Shown here piece after piece: positions 11,232 through 25,750 of a stretch of 64,000 bases of DNA. The stretch spans positions 62,001 through 126,000 of the forward strand of contig NW_027117341.1 in assembly GCF_038025025.1 (NCBI RefSeq), given 5' to 3'. The notes below the pieces were generated by a model. That model saw only the letters and a list, made by a program, of their open reading frames with translations. It was not told where the DNA came from and did not search any database. Every line of letters starts with the position of its first letter. The stretch's first letter is position 1. Both the position numbers and the translations under genes were made by a program. The stretch comes from Phyllosticta citribraziliensis. Taxonomy: Eukaryota.

Positions 11232-13525
11232 ATGGATTCCACTGCCTTGGGCGGAGCGGACACGTCCGCGGCGAGCCGGAGCGATCAAGTCGTAGACGGC
11301 GACCAATCTGAGCGACCAACCGCCGCTGCCGAGGAGCACTCCGACGCGGCCCCGCCCAGGAAAAAGCAGAAGCGCAATAAACCTACCCTGAGCTGTGACT
11401 GTTGTGTCGAGAGAAAGACCAAGGTGCGGGACTTTGACCTGCCGTCGCCAGTCAATCGTTTGCTGACTCTCGCACAAGTGCGACAGAGGCCGCCCGCAAT
11501 GTCTGGCGTGCGTCAAGCGGCAGACGACGTGCAATTATTCCGAGGTCGCCAACCTCATCGCCAGGTCCGCCGAGTATGCCTTGCACGTGCCCGTCTTTGC
11601 TTCAAACCAACCACTAATCCATCCTCAGGCGCAATGTCAGTCGCCCTGCTGCAAAGGCTCGCAAAAAGACCCAAGTTCAAGCGCAGCTGGGTGTCGTCAC
11701 TCCCAATTCTTCAGAGGTAATGCCTCTCTTCCATTATCCAGTCTTCAAACCCCTATCCAGGCGCCCAATCACTGCTGCCGTGACTTGCTCACTAGACCAA
11801 GCATCTCACAAGCCGTTCGCTGGCCGCCCATCTATTCCCCTACACGATCAGATCCTTCGAGCCCATCATAGTGGACCACGAATGGGATGGCACCCATCCG
11901 GCCATAGAGTTGCTGGGCCTGACTGATACTGATTTTCTTCGTGAGAAGCAGGAATTCTCCCGGCCATACCAACAACGAAGCCAGTCAATGTCGTCGAATG
12001 CTTCGTCCATGCACAACTTACTGTCCAATGTCCCATATACCAAGCACACTCCCTCCCTAGTCTTTGGCGTCGGGGCCGAGCATCCGTTTTCGAATTATTG
12101 GACCTGCAAGGGAGGGCTTCAAGAAGTAGTCAGCGTGCTTCCGCGCAAGGAGCAAGCAGACATTCTCGTGGATTCCTATTTCGAGGCCGTGGACCCAGTC
12201 TATCCGATGATTCATCGGCCGAAATTCGACGCCGACTATCTCTCCTTTTGGGGGCTGGCCCAGGAGGACAAGTACGAGGCTGATGCGGCGCTTTTGGCTT
12301 TACACTTTGTCGTCTACGCCATGGGCACCCAATTCGTCTCCATGCCAAATGCGACGGAGCGCGCGCAAATTGCCGAGTTTTATGTGTCGGCTGCACATCA
12401 AGCGCTCCGGATATCGGGCTACCTCAGCCGCATATCACTCCGGACAATACAGGCCATGGTTCTCATCAACTATTTCTTGATGAACAAGAATTCGGCATCA
12501 GACGCCTGGAGTTTCGGCGGAGTTCTGATACACCAAAGTCTTGCCATTGGCCTTAACAGGGACCCTGAAGTAGTTGTTCCTCGCGCATCGGCTCTCGAGA
12601 AACAGCAGCGAAGGAAAGTGTGGCAGGCTGTCTTGTTTCAGCAAGTCTTTCTCTGCGTCCTGATCAAGCTGCCCCCCACGGCGACAGTCTCTGATGTGCA
12701 AGTCGAGTCCCTCACAGACGAAGCAGATGGCGACCACGAAATCAACGGATGCGCAAGAGACACTCCGGACGCCTTACCAAACCCTATGCGCATAAGTAAT
12801 ATTGCGCCTCCACCCATGCCTCACCTACCCCACGAGATTTCGGACAAGCAGTACATCCGGACAATGTGGAAATTGGCCAACCTTGTCCAGGGCAGCATCT
12901 GTATCCCACGCTCTCTCAACCGACCTATGACCAACTCGGTACGGGAAAAAAGCACGCTCTTGCAATCCTTCCGGTCTTTTTATTCCACCATTCCTAAGGG
13001 TCTGACGCACGAAATTACGGCCGAATTTGTGGCCAGCAACCAGCGCCAGGCTAAGCAACAGCTTTTTTTTCGCTCAAACTTCCACCACTGTGTGATGCTG
13101 CTGCTGGCCGATGAGAATGAGTCCGCAGGCGTCAAGTGCGACGTGCGGGGAGCGCTGGAGGAAGCTCGCCTGGCGCTTCAAGCTTTCTTCGATCTTTGGG
13201 AGCACTTGCGAGTTGATGCAGGAGTGTGGTGGGTGTTTCAGCACCGTGCTTTTGAAGAGGCTGTGAGTATCCCACGCCGCGAATGGAAATCTTTGCTGAC
13301 ATGACCCAGTTAATGATGGCCCGCCTCCTCGCCATCCAGCAGCAACCCGACTCGCCCTTTGACAATCAGATCAGGTCTCCTGTCGAAGAGACGCTGCTTG
13401 TGGCGGCCAAGCATGACATCCGGAGGGTTATTGAAATCCTGGAACAAGTGGGAAGCTCTGCGCCCGAGATGCAGAAGACGCGGACCGAGGTGTTAAGAAC
13501 CGCGTACGAAGACATTCAGTTTTGA
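11232..13525 (+). CDS. Zn(II)2Cys6 transcription factor with fungal-specific TF middle homology region
   Basis: Spliced CDCCVERKTK|CDRGRPQCLACVKRQTTC cluster (intron 11424-11478); YFEAVDPVYPMIHRPKF; IGLNRDP..EKQQRRKVW; last intron 13264-13309. Internal exon boundaries near 11.7-11.95 kb are uncertain. Confidence 0.9.
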
Positions 13526-13835
13526 AATGGTAAACGGCAAGCTTGCTTTGGAATCATTGACGGCTGGTGATGTCGAGTTCTACAAGCGATTTCGGTTTGC
13601 GTTTATATCCACTTGTTCGATGTTCTAGCACGGGCAGCATATGGCGTTGGGCGAAGTTTTGGCACCCATCGACTGGGAGGAAGTCTTGATTGTTACAATG
13701 GCGCGGCTTGAGCTTGAGGATCTCTGCAGTAATTTATTTCATTCGATTGACAGCGAAAATGGTGTTGGCTGCGGAGCTTGGCGGGCAGTGGCCTAATCGG
13801 GAAAGCTAATGAGGTGGGTCGATTCGCTGCCCGCC

Positions 13836-13882
13836 GACGCGCGTTGGTGCCCGCGCGACGCGTTCTTCGCGTTAAGCGCGTT
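13836..13882 (+). promoter_or_regulatory. Cluster of MCB-like (ACGCGT/CGCG) cell-cycle elements upstream of MCM3
   Basis: Perfect ACGCGT at 13858-13863, plus ACGCGCGT, TTCGCGTT and AAGCGCGTT within ~50 bp, 170-215 bp before the MCM3 ATG. Confidence 0.6.
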
Positions 13883-14051
13883 GCGGCCGAGCGCTTCAAA
13901 AACATCGACGTCCCTCGCCGTGCGTTCCCTCAACACCGCACCCACCACACCTTTGATACCCCACCCGCAACACGATTGGACAACATCGCTTGTTTTCATT
14001 GCGCATCTGAATTCGCCCAGCTTTGTTTGCCGACAACCGACTTGATTCGCC

Positions 14052-16871
<2,820 letters not shown>

Positions 16872-17684
16872 GCGGGCAAGAAAGTTGGTGTGGGAAAGGG
16901 TCGGGGTGGCGTCATGGCGTTTTGTTCTTTGAGATGAGTTTTCAGGTGCAGCGACGGGAATTGAACGGGATGGATGGGTCGGATGGAATGGGGTTTGGGG
17001 TCTGGTTGATCGGAAGAGGTATATCTATGATACACTAAAGTACACACACGATCTCGTTTTCTTGTCTCTCTTTCTCTCTCACTTTGCTTGTTGCCGCTTT
17101 TTCGTTTGCACTTCGGCCTTAGATGCAGCTACTCGGGCTGTGAGGTTCGAAAATTTCGAAAATTTACGGACGATAGAGTGCGTTGGCTCTCTGCTGCAGT
17201 TATAGTCTTTTAGGCAAAAGGAGAAGATTCTCAGCGGCTGGCTATGGCCTTCTCTCGCTACGAAGTGCCCTCGACATTGAGCGGCTTGGTCTGGAATTCG
17301 GGCTCTTGGATCTTCGCCATGCTTTCACTTCGCTTGCTTTACCTTGGTTGATAATCATAGGACGAAGGACAGCTGGAGCAGCAGGGCCAGAGGTTTGAGA
17401 ATGTCCCGGCATGTGCAGGTGCGGGAACTGACAGAGACTGCGGTGCTTTTGCGATCATTCGTGAACAGGGCCAAGTTTTCGCAAGTCGGCGGCCAGGATG
17501 CACACACAAAGCGCCATGTGAAAGTGACGAGTTGCGGGAGCAGTACCTTGAACAGCTTCAAAACACTTGGGGGCTAAAGATGCGAAAGCGAACATTCACA
17601 CTCAGGAACTGGAGCAAATGCAGGCCTTTCCAAGATTGGAAGGCTTCTGCGCCGTGAGCTGGTTGGATGTCTACCTCTCCCGCG

Positions 17685-17702
17685 TCTCTCTCTCTCTCTC
17701 TC
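17685..17702. repeat. (CT)n microsatellite
   Basis: tctctctctctctctctc. Confidence 0.8.
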
Positions 17703-17867
17703 TTCCGCTGCAGACCTCCCCTCTTCAATCTCACACTTGCGCCCGAATTTCTCAACCAACTCGGCCAATTTCGTTCATTTCCAGTCCAATGTCATGGTGA
17801 ACAAAAGGTACTCTCCCATGGCAGATTACCTGAGAGGTTTAGAGTCTGAAAAGGTAACGAGCCTCCA

Positions 17868-18847
17868 TGCCAAATGTGAGTCTGCTGGGTGAGACGCGTT
17901 ACTGACATTGCGCAGAAAAGGAAGCTCGACGATACTGAGGACAAGACGCCCAGACCTCGCTGGGTGCCCCCGACGGAAGTGAAAGCAGCCATTTCTCGTA
18001 CAACGCAGGCGAGTGAGGTTGGCGGCTCAACCAATAGCGATGACCGTTCCAGCTCAGGCCAGGAAGTGAGGCCAGAGGCGAAGGCTGAAAACAACGCGGC
18101 GAACCCGTTCACAGCAGGATCCTCTGCGGCGGCACCATCCTTGGTAGCTACCCTTCATCACCGTCGAAGTTCAGTGCTGACACTGATTTGTTACCTTCAA
18201 GTTCACCCCAATCTCCAAGTCGGAATCAAAGCCGAAGGAATTCGCGAGCGAAGTGAACACAGTAGCCAACACCCATGAGAAGCAGAGCGACAGTGCCGAA
18301 CACCCAGTGAAGAAGAGTCTCCTAGTGCGCTTGAAGCTGCCGAAGCCGAAGCCGAAGTCGAAGCCAGAGGCTGCCAACGCAGTGGCCAATCCTGTCCCTG
18401 TAGGACCCCTGAGTCCGCGCAAAAGTTCCCCACTAACACAGACAGACTACTCCCAAATTTGCCCCGGACGCAAAGTTGGAAGAACAGCTTAATAGGGTTA
18501 CGAGCGAGGTATTTCCCTCCCTAAAATGCCACCGACCATCACTGACACGCCGACAGAGAAAGCAGTGGGGAAAGACGCGCATGGATTTGCGAGAGCAGCA
18601 AGAAAAACTGGAACGGGAGCAGAGATACGCCTCCATGACGTTCCTTACAAAGCAGGCGGAAGAAAGGAAGCTTCAGAAGAAGTTTGACGCGCATCTCAAG
18701 TCGAACGCTGCAAAAGAGGAGTTCGAGAAGTTCGTGGCGCCAACGTCACGAATCCTCTCTCGCGTGCAGGACGATTTTTCCGTTACTGTTCGAGCCGACT
18801 ACGGCCAGAGGTGGGAGTTGAGTGTGAAGAAGTTGAAGACGGAGTGA
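17868..18847 (+). CDS. Hypothetical orphan protein, Lys-rich, with NLS-like start and C-terminal coiled coil (5 exons)
   Basis: ATG CCA AAT|GTGAGT intron (17877-17914) gives MPNKRKLDDTEDK. Further canonical introns near 18144-18201, 18400-18445 and 18509-18555 link the listed ORFs 17889, 18253 and 18476 in frame. Confidence 0.6.
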
Positions 18848-20279
18848 AAGGCGGCGATCGAAACGCGTCAACCACTGCTGGAGAGCGACGGTGTGACGGC
18901 GACCAAAGATTGGGGCTTAGAGGATTTAAGGACAGGCTTGACGGGACACTGATGGAATTTGCACGAGGGAGTTGGTTGATTTTCGTGGTTGGATTTGGTT
19001 TGCTCTCTCCGGATGCAACGAGAAGTCCGTCGATGACACCATGTCACTGACGCATTTGCCGACATCGGCAGCTCAGGACAATGGAATCTTGAGTGATCAA
19101 GGCTTCACACTGCGCTATGATCCATATGACGCACGAGATCTGGAATGATATGCCTGAACGTAGAGCTGGCAGCGAAGTCTGTTTCATTACCGGGAAGAAA
19201 CGAAGCACCGGAGCAGGAAGATCGTACGCTGCGCAGCAGACCACAGTCGCCTCCCGTAGAGCCAGCTCAAGAGCCATTCTGATTGTCTCCGACGTCGTGT
19301 CCGGAGCCTTACCGCCGGCGAGAATTCTGGGTGCTTGTGGAGCCATTTACTGTGCATCGGCGGTCGTTGTCCTTCATTATACGATGTATCCTTTTCAACT
19401 CTTCCCTCAAGCCTATTCAAAGGCTCGGAGGGTATCCGGCTTCCGCGGCTGACGAAACTGTGGGGGTGTGTCCAGCGTTGGTGGCTTCAAAAGTGCGAGC
19501 GGCGGCGATGGTGGTGACGGCGGCGGCGCCAACGGGAGCGGCGATAAATACAGAGAATGGTGCAGGTACAGCTGGAGACGCAAAAAGAAGGAATTGGCGG
19601 CGACAAATCAGCGGCTGGTAGTAGCAAACAGTAAGGTGACAGGTTTGTGTTCAGTGGAGCCAGAAACTTCCTGTGGTGGTGATTCTGGCGCCGCCCGGCT
19701 CCGCTTACGCCAACTGCGCCGAGTTGGTTTCCTCGCTACGTCCAGTTTGACAACTCGAAGTCCAAGCACCGCCTTCAATTTCTGCGCCCCTTCAGCATGG
19801 TTCCTTTTGTGGCGGCCTGCAGTCGAGGGCTTGTTCTTCCCTTGAGTGCGCTGTACAACCGTCTTTGAAGTGACTGTGGCTCTGATTGTCAACACGAACA
19901 AGACTTGGCTGTGCCTGGCTGAGATTGGTTGCAGGACTACTCTGTTTTCAAGCGGTTGAGCTGCTGTTTACTGCTCTGGAATATCGACACTCCCACCCAA
20001 CATGCACGTGTCATGAGATTGCGCCGTCGTCTCTACGTCTCGTCAAAGACAGTGACGAATCATCAGAGCGACAGCCGCAGGACAGAAGCTGCTGCCATTC
20101 ACTACTTTGAAATGTCGAAGGCTACCTCATCCTTCCTGTGTTTTACCCCGTTGGCTCGAGCCGAACAGATGGAGCCAGTGCCGAGGCGTTCAATGTTGAC
20201 CACACTAGGACCAAATATAGCTCTCGTCCCACGCTGCGCCTGCTCCGACAGTCCTTGACTTTCCTCAAGTGCTCAACGG

Positions 20280-20287
20280 TATAAATA
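20280..20287 (+). promoter_or_regulatory. TATA box of the 20444 gene
   Basis: TATAAATA followed by a CT-rich tract, ~160 bp before the ATG. Confidence 0.6.
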
Positions 20288-20443
20288 CTGCACCATCCCG
20301 CTTCCTTACTCTAACTCTTTCTTCTTCATCCTCCACCCGCACCCCTGAAACTTCCATCCCCTCTTGACCACGCAACACCGCGACACCAGACCAACTCCAC
20401 ACAGTCAAGCGTCAAAACTCTCTCTGCATTGCAGCAAATCACA

Positions 20444-21042
20444 ATGGCTACTTTGAAAAAAGACACTGGACTCGAAAACGAGTTGGCAACGAGTTCCGAG
20501 GACCGCCTTGACGACACTTCTGATGGCAGCAGCTGTGAGGAGAGCTCCGATGACAGCGCCGAGGACAGACCTGCGAAGAGGCAGAAGTTGGAGCCCAGCT
20601 TGAAGCGTCTGGAAGAACAGAGACAGACGCTGGAAGCGAAGATGAGAAGTCAGAGATCGACCAACAAGCAAGCGATGGCCATGATCCGGGTACGCTGTCC
20701 TTTTGATGTCACGAATACCTTGCTAACACAATTTAGAAGCGCGACGAAATCATCAGCAATCTCAAGAGAGAGCTGAAAACCAGACTCAGGGAGAATGAAG
20801 AAAACAGTTACAGCCGCAAGATCCTTAAGCGCGACCTGAAGACCGTGGGACAGATGGCGGATGACCTCGAAGTCGCCAATCATAACATGTCACTGGAGAT
20901 GCAGGACTTGAAGAAAACCAATCGCCAGAAGGACTCGCAGATCGCCGACCTCAAGAGCACCATTGATAAGATGTCGCAAGAAAACAACGACGTCAAACAG
21001 AATGTGCTCCGCGCTTTCGGGGTCGAACTGGACTCGAAGTAA
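20444..21042 (+). CDS. Hypothetical small coiled-coil protein with acidic N-terminus and NLS-like RPAKRQKL
   Basis: ATG in ACAATGG context; intron 20689-20736 (GTACGC..GCTAAC..TTAG); heptad-rich C-terminal half. Confidence 0.65.
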
Positions 21043-21502
21043 ACATCGCTTCTCAAACGGCACTCGGACCTCCATACTCCTGTTTACGGCGAAGCGGAAG
21101 AAGTAAAATCGGCGGATGGCAATCGACACATTGTTATCTAGCGGATGGGAGATGATTTGCGATTCCATTCTGAAGGTCCTTGCGCGTTGGCTTTGGTTCT
21201 ACTCTGGCTTTCATTACTGCGTTAGCTACCAAAAGGCTCTGGTGGCCACGATGGATTAGGTTGGCGTGGCATTGCTCGGGCTGAATTTGAATTCTTTCCT
21301 TTGCTTTCGGAGTTTTGGGCTGCTGCACACACACACATCCTCGGAAGACTGGACGGGTTGGCATGGGGCTAGCGAGTAGTCTTACCTGATCTGGCAATTT
21401 GAACAACTTCAATCACCGTGCTTGCGCATCTGCGGAGTAGCGGCGTAGAAGTGAAGCTCCAGGCATGACATAATCGGGTGGCTGCTGCAGTTGACCAGCG
21501 GG

Positions 21503-21510
21503 TATAAAAT
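21503..21510 (+). promoter_or_regulatory. TATA box of the 21593 gene
   Basis: TATAAAAT followed by a CT-rich tract, 90 bp before the ATG. Confidence 0.6.
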
Positions 21511-21592
21511 CCTCCACCCACTCTCCCGCTCTTCTTCCTACAACACCTCTCTTCTCTTCAACCTCCACCGCTCAATCCCTCCATCCAGAGCC

Positions 21593-22256
21593 ATGGCAAG
21601 TGAAGAGCCTTGCATAATGGATGAACCTGATTTCGACGAAGAAATGGAATTCATGCCCACGGCGCTGGCCCCGGCGGGCTACAAGACCAGCGTACCCCTA
21701 AGCTACCGTCATCGAAGCATCAATTCTTTACTAACACATACAGATCACTACTCAGCCAGAGCCTTCTGAAGACTTGCAAGATGCTGCGTACCAACCTGGT
21801 CGGGCCAGGAACATTGACAACCCTTTGATTATCCAATTGGCAGAGCAGATGGACAAGGTGAATTTTCCTTTGGATGATTACTGACCGCTGCTGAACATGA
21901 GATAGCAAGATGAGAAGATCACTCGCTTGGAGCAAGAAAACGCCGATTCCAAGCGACTGAGCGCCGAATTTGAGGGAAGTGCCGCCAGCTTCAAACAGTC
22001 CACAAACATCTGGCGGAACAAAAGTCGCAGTATGGGGCAACTGAATGCCGGATTGAAGAGGACTATCAATCGCCTCACCGAGGAGCTTGACAGCACCAAA
22101 GAACAACTCGAAGCTGCCACCACTAAGCTGGAAAATCATATGCAAGAGGTCAAGCGCGAGCTCAAGCGTGACCTCAAGCGCAAATTCGATCAAATGGTCG
22201 ATGATGCCATGCAGTCGTCCGCCGAATGTCCCAAAACTGAGCCCGATACCTCTTGA
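21593..22256 (+). CDS. Hypothetical small coiled-coil protein (3 exons)
   Basis: ATG in GCCATGG context. Introns ~21692-21743 and ~21858-21905 with CTAAC/CTGAC branch sites keep the frame into the coiled-coil ORF 21927-22256. Confidence 0.65.
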
Positions 22257-22652
22257 ACGGCCGTTGATCACGGTTTCCTTTCAGCATGAAAGGCGGTCCA
22301 AAAGCCCTGACCGGAAAACACTATCACGACATCTGGAGGGTGGCGAGGCGAAAAGTCCGATAGAGCAATGGAACTCTGACAGTTTTTGCGATTTAGATTG
22401 GCTCAGTCTCTTTACCCTTTTCGCCTTCGGCGACATATTTGAAATTCTTATTTTCTTTGGACTCTCGGAGCATATGAATCAGCTTCAAAACTGCTTTGGA
22501 GGGCTGGAAAGGTTGGCAAGGGGCATCACTTCCCAGCAAGTGGTCGGTAGCTTGTCCACAGATAAAAGCATTAGCTCAAAAGAAACGATGATTGACAATG
22601 GAAATGGATACCGTTGAATCTTTACCTATCATGCGCGGGGTTGGGAAAAGAG

Positions 22653-23087
22653 ATGCAGTTCACAACGTACGGATGGTCGCTAGCGTGCAGACAGTTCGCA
22701 AGGTGCAATGAGTTGGTAAGGCGCGGGCAGTTGGCAACGTACGGGGAATCGCGGCCAGTGTGTGGAAGGCCAGCATCGCGCGGCAAGCTTGCAACCTGCA
22801 GAGATTCGCCAACGTATGGACAGTTGGCAACATGGGAAGAGCTGGCGACCCGCGGTCAGTTGGCAACGTGCGGTCAGTTTGCAACACGAGGGCCTTTTGC
22901 AACGCAAGCACTCAATCAATTCAAAAGCAAAGTCTGTCCGAGAAGTTCCGAAGCAAATAACTCGTCCAAATCAAAAGCCAATCCGCATGCACGCAATCTT
23001 TTGAACCCCCGGCCCCTTTCGCTGATCGTGCTGACGAAGCCTTCCAGAGCAGCTCCGTCCTCCGATTCCAGGCGCCGAAGCCGTTAG
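22653..23087 (+). CDS. Hypothetical hexapeptide-repeat protein (consensus Q-L-A-T-x-G, ~14 units) with basic tail
   Basis: ATG directly precedes the repeats; no stops; synonymous codon variation between units. Confidence 0.4.
   Translation: MQFTTYGWSLACRQFARCNELVRRGQLATYGESRPVCGRPASRGKLATCRDSPTYGQLATWEELATRGQLATCGQFATRGPFATQALNQFKSKVCPRSSEANNSSKSKANPHARNLLNPRPLSLIVLTKPSRAAPSSDSRRRSR
22656..22910 (+). repeat. Degenerate 18-bp tandem repeat, ~14 units, consensus CAGTTGGCAACGTGCGGT
   Basis: Units start at 22656, 22674, 22692, 22710, 22728, 22746 (21 nt), 22767, 22785, 22803, 22821, 22839, 22857, 22875, 22893. Confidence 0.85.
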
Positions 23088-23411
23088 CAACTTCTGTGGC
23101 CTTCCCTTGCCAAATGCAAAATGCAAAGTGGCAAATGCCCGTTACACGTTCAAAAGCAAGAAGCAAACAATCAAAGAAAGCAAACTTTTGTCTCAGTCGG
23201 CCGTCGCTGTGTCGTTCAGCTCCACATTTTGTTATTGGCATTCCGAGCCAGAGTGAAAGTAAAGCTGAGTTAGAATGTCTGCTCCCGTCAATCCACCAAT
23301 GCCGAACTTTTTCGACTCCGTTGCCGATCACTAGCAGCTTGTCGACGTGTCATCCCATGGCGCTTGGAATATGCAATGTGTGGGTTTGCAAATACCAGAG
23401 CCGTTCACAAC

Positions 23412-24524
23412 TCACTGGCGTTTTTGTCTTTCTCTCTCGATCCAACCCGGTTCGCTGGCTTCTTTAAGCCACTTCATCATTGCATCGACCTCGGCGGCCG
23501 TCGTGAGATTGCCTTTGAAGACCGTGTTGGGCTTGAAGTTGTCGAAGCCGTCCTTTTCAGAACCCTTTTGATTGCGATCACCAGCTGCATCTGGAAAAGG
23601 CGAGAGCTTGGGAAGTGAGCTGACGGGAGGAACATGCACCTCGTTGAATGTGTTGAAGGCGTCCTTTTCAAAACCCTTTTCTTTGCGATCACCAGCTGCA
23701 TCTGAAGAAAGTAGAAGCTTGGGAAAAGAGCGGACGGAGGAAAAGTGCGACTGGCTGTCATTCTTCAATTTTAGCTCGATTCCTCCGGACATTGAAACTT
23801 CAGCAGAAGGAGTTTCGTTCGGCTTCTCTTGGATAGGGGCGTCGACAAACGCACTTGAGTTGAGATTGGTAGAGTAGGAAGCAGTCAATGCTTCAGAAGG
23901 TAGATTGAAGGAGTTCGCATCGATTGAGTCGGTGGATGTTGGAGTGATGGCCGAAGCCTCCTCGAGAGTGCTAGCGGTAGATTCAGGTGTGTCATATGCT
24001 CTGAGAATCTTTCGGGGTCGTGGGCCATCAGAGTCTGGCGAAAGCATCTCCCTCTTCGCCGATGTTTCGAACACGCCCATGGGCTTGGAAGGCTGTCCAG
24101 AGCTTCCCAGTGGCGAGAAAGCGTCAAGGGTGGTAGGATCGACTGGAATATCAGGGGTAGTGCTGTTGCCACGCGAGCTGATCTGATCCTCGCCCTCGAC
24201 GAAAATAATGTCCCAGTAGCTTCCAAAGACCTTTCTGGCTTTTGCTCGGTCTTGGTCCGTCCGAAAGGTCAAGAAGCCGAAAGGGTCTGACAGAATTTTG
24301 CCATTGGCGAAGAATACGTTAGGGCCATGCAGACGCTCTGTTGAGAAGGGATTCATGTAGAAGCAGCTGGTCGGCTTCACAGTACCACACTTCTGATACC
24401 ACACCTCTTTGCCGGTCTTTTCGTCCTTGTGAACACGGAACCGCCTCGTTCCTGGGCAAAAGAAGATCTCCACTTCCTCATCGAACTTGATTGGATTGAG
24501 AACAGCTGGGTCGAAACGACTCAT
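23412..24524 (-). CDS. Hypothetical orphan protein: aromatic-rich N-terminal domain plus S/T/P-rich tail with an internal 37-aa duplication
   Basis: Long ORF, first ATG at 24524 (MSRFDPAVL), with an upstream TATA on the minus strand. The 3' end may be extended by splicing, because GTGAGT overlaps the stop. Confidence 0.6.
   Translation of the reverse strand: MSRFDPAVLNPIKFDEEVEIFFCPGTRRFRVHKDEKTGKEVWYQKCGTVKPTSCFYMNPFSTERLHGPNVFFANGKILSDPFGFLTFRTDQDRAKARKVFGSYWDIIFVEGEDQISSRGNSTTPDIPVDPTTLDAFSPLGSSGQPSKPMGVFETSAKREMLSPDSDGPRPRKILRAYDTPESTASTLEEASAITPTSTDSIDANSFNLPSEALTASYSTNLNSSAFVDAPIQEKPNETPSAEVSMSGGIELKLKNDSQSHFSSVRSFPKLLLSSDAAGDRKEKGFEKDAFNTFNEVHVPPVSSLPKLSPFPDAAGDRNQKGSEKDGFDNFKPNTVFKGNLTTAAEVDAMMKWLKEASEPGWIERERQKRQ
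23533..23732. repeat. 111-bp-period direct duplication inside the CDS
   Basis: tccttttca.aacccttt..ttgcgatcaccagctgcatctg.a.aa...agcttgggaa starts at 23551 and again at 23662. Confidence 0.85.
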
Positions 24525-24729
24525 CTGGACTGAAGAGTTGACGAGTTGGCAAAGGCTGCGGAGTTGTGAACCGTTGGCAACACTGTTGATCGGGGAAATC
24601 CTTGGCCAAGTTGACAAAGATGGACGGAAGGTGTTGGAACGCTTGTCTCCTGAGAGCTGAAAGAATATGGAGAAAAATAGAGCCCTGTGAGAGCCGGTAG
24701 TAGAGTTGTGGGACTGCGAGGATCAGGCG

Positions 24730-25070
24730 CAGAAAAGTGGGATGAAGAGTAGAGGTCTGCGAGGACCGGTCGAGAAGCTTTTGTAGTCCACGAGGTGGCC
24801 GAATGCGGTAATGCACCTGCCGCGCAACTTCAGACGCCTGGGCTTCCGGCGGCTGGTTGGAGTTTCTTGTTGGTGGAGTATTGGAAAAGTGTGATGAAGA
24901 GTAGAGGTCTGCGATGGCTGGTCGAGCGCTTTTATAGCCCACAAAATGGCCAAAAGCGGCCAAATGCGGGAGTCGTGTCTGTCATGCACCTTCAGACGTC
25001 TGGAAGCTTGACTGCCCACTCATATATGGACCATGGAGCCTGAAACAGTGTGATGAAGAATATCTGCGTC
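24730..25070. repeat. ~155-bp tandem duplication (2-3 copies) containing the core promoter of the 24524 gene
   Basis: gaaaagtg.gatgaagagtagaggtctgcga at 24732 and 24884, partial third copy at 25042. Minus-strand TATAAAAG at 24929-24936 versus TACAAAAG at 24778-24785. Confidence 0.75.
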
Positions 25071-25750
25071 AGCCGGAGGAAAGCATGGTGTATTTCTGGA
25101 GACAGCTGGATGTGGAGCCTTTGCCTACGTGTGGAATTAGACGTCTCAGTCTTCCGGCCGGAAATCTTAGTTCTAGTCCTACAAAATGGAATCAATCAGA
25201 GACAATTTCCATGTGCTGTTTGCGAATTTTGGACATGAGTCTCTCTCTGGTATCGAACTACGCTCGATGGCATTCCACGTACATTGTGCGTCTGTCCAGA
25301 TGGAGACGTCTGGGGAAGAAGCATACATTAGAAAACATGTCAGGATTGAGAATTTGACGAATTGGAGAGGACCATGAGGCTGAGCGGAAGCCGTCTTCGG
25401 GTCAGGAGGTGCCAGAAAAGAGTACAGTCCGGCAGGCACCTTGCACGCCTGTCAGCTGTACGCGGTGGTAAGAACGAGATAATGGGTGCGCGCTGTCTCT
25501 GTACTGTCTGGGGAAGTGGATTCAAATTGGGACAGAAGGAGTAGGACATTAGGTTTATTGAAGGGGTACCGGGAATTGAAGTCTTGGTGTTGCTGTCCGA
25601 ATGTGGTCTTGCGGCACCTCGGGTGCTGCATTAACTCCCAGTCTTTTACTCTCCCTTCTCCAGGGCTTGCTTCGGCCCAATAAATCATGCTTGTCCTCTG
25701 AGTACGGCCAAAGCCTCCACCCGGGCGAGTCGCAAGGACTCCAGCCACAT

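Noticed and set aside
18900..20270. Several 60-125 aa ORFs on both strands
   Set aside because: Mostly non-ATG starts with no consistent exon structure.
22656..22910. CRISPR-like array
   Set aside because: Contiguous degenerate 18-bp units without unique spacers, no cas genes, eukaryotic context.
24884..25070. Box C/D snoRNAs (GTGATGA motifs)
   Set aside because: No properly spaced D box with terminal stem; better explained as the reverse complement of a duplicated CT-rich promoter.
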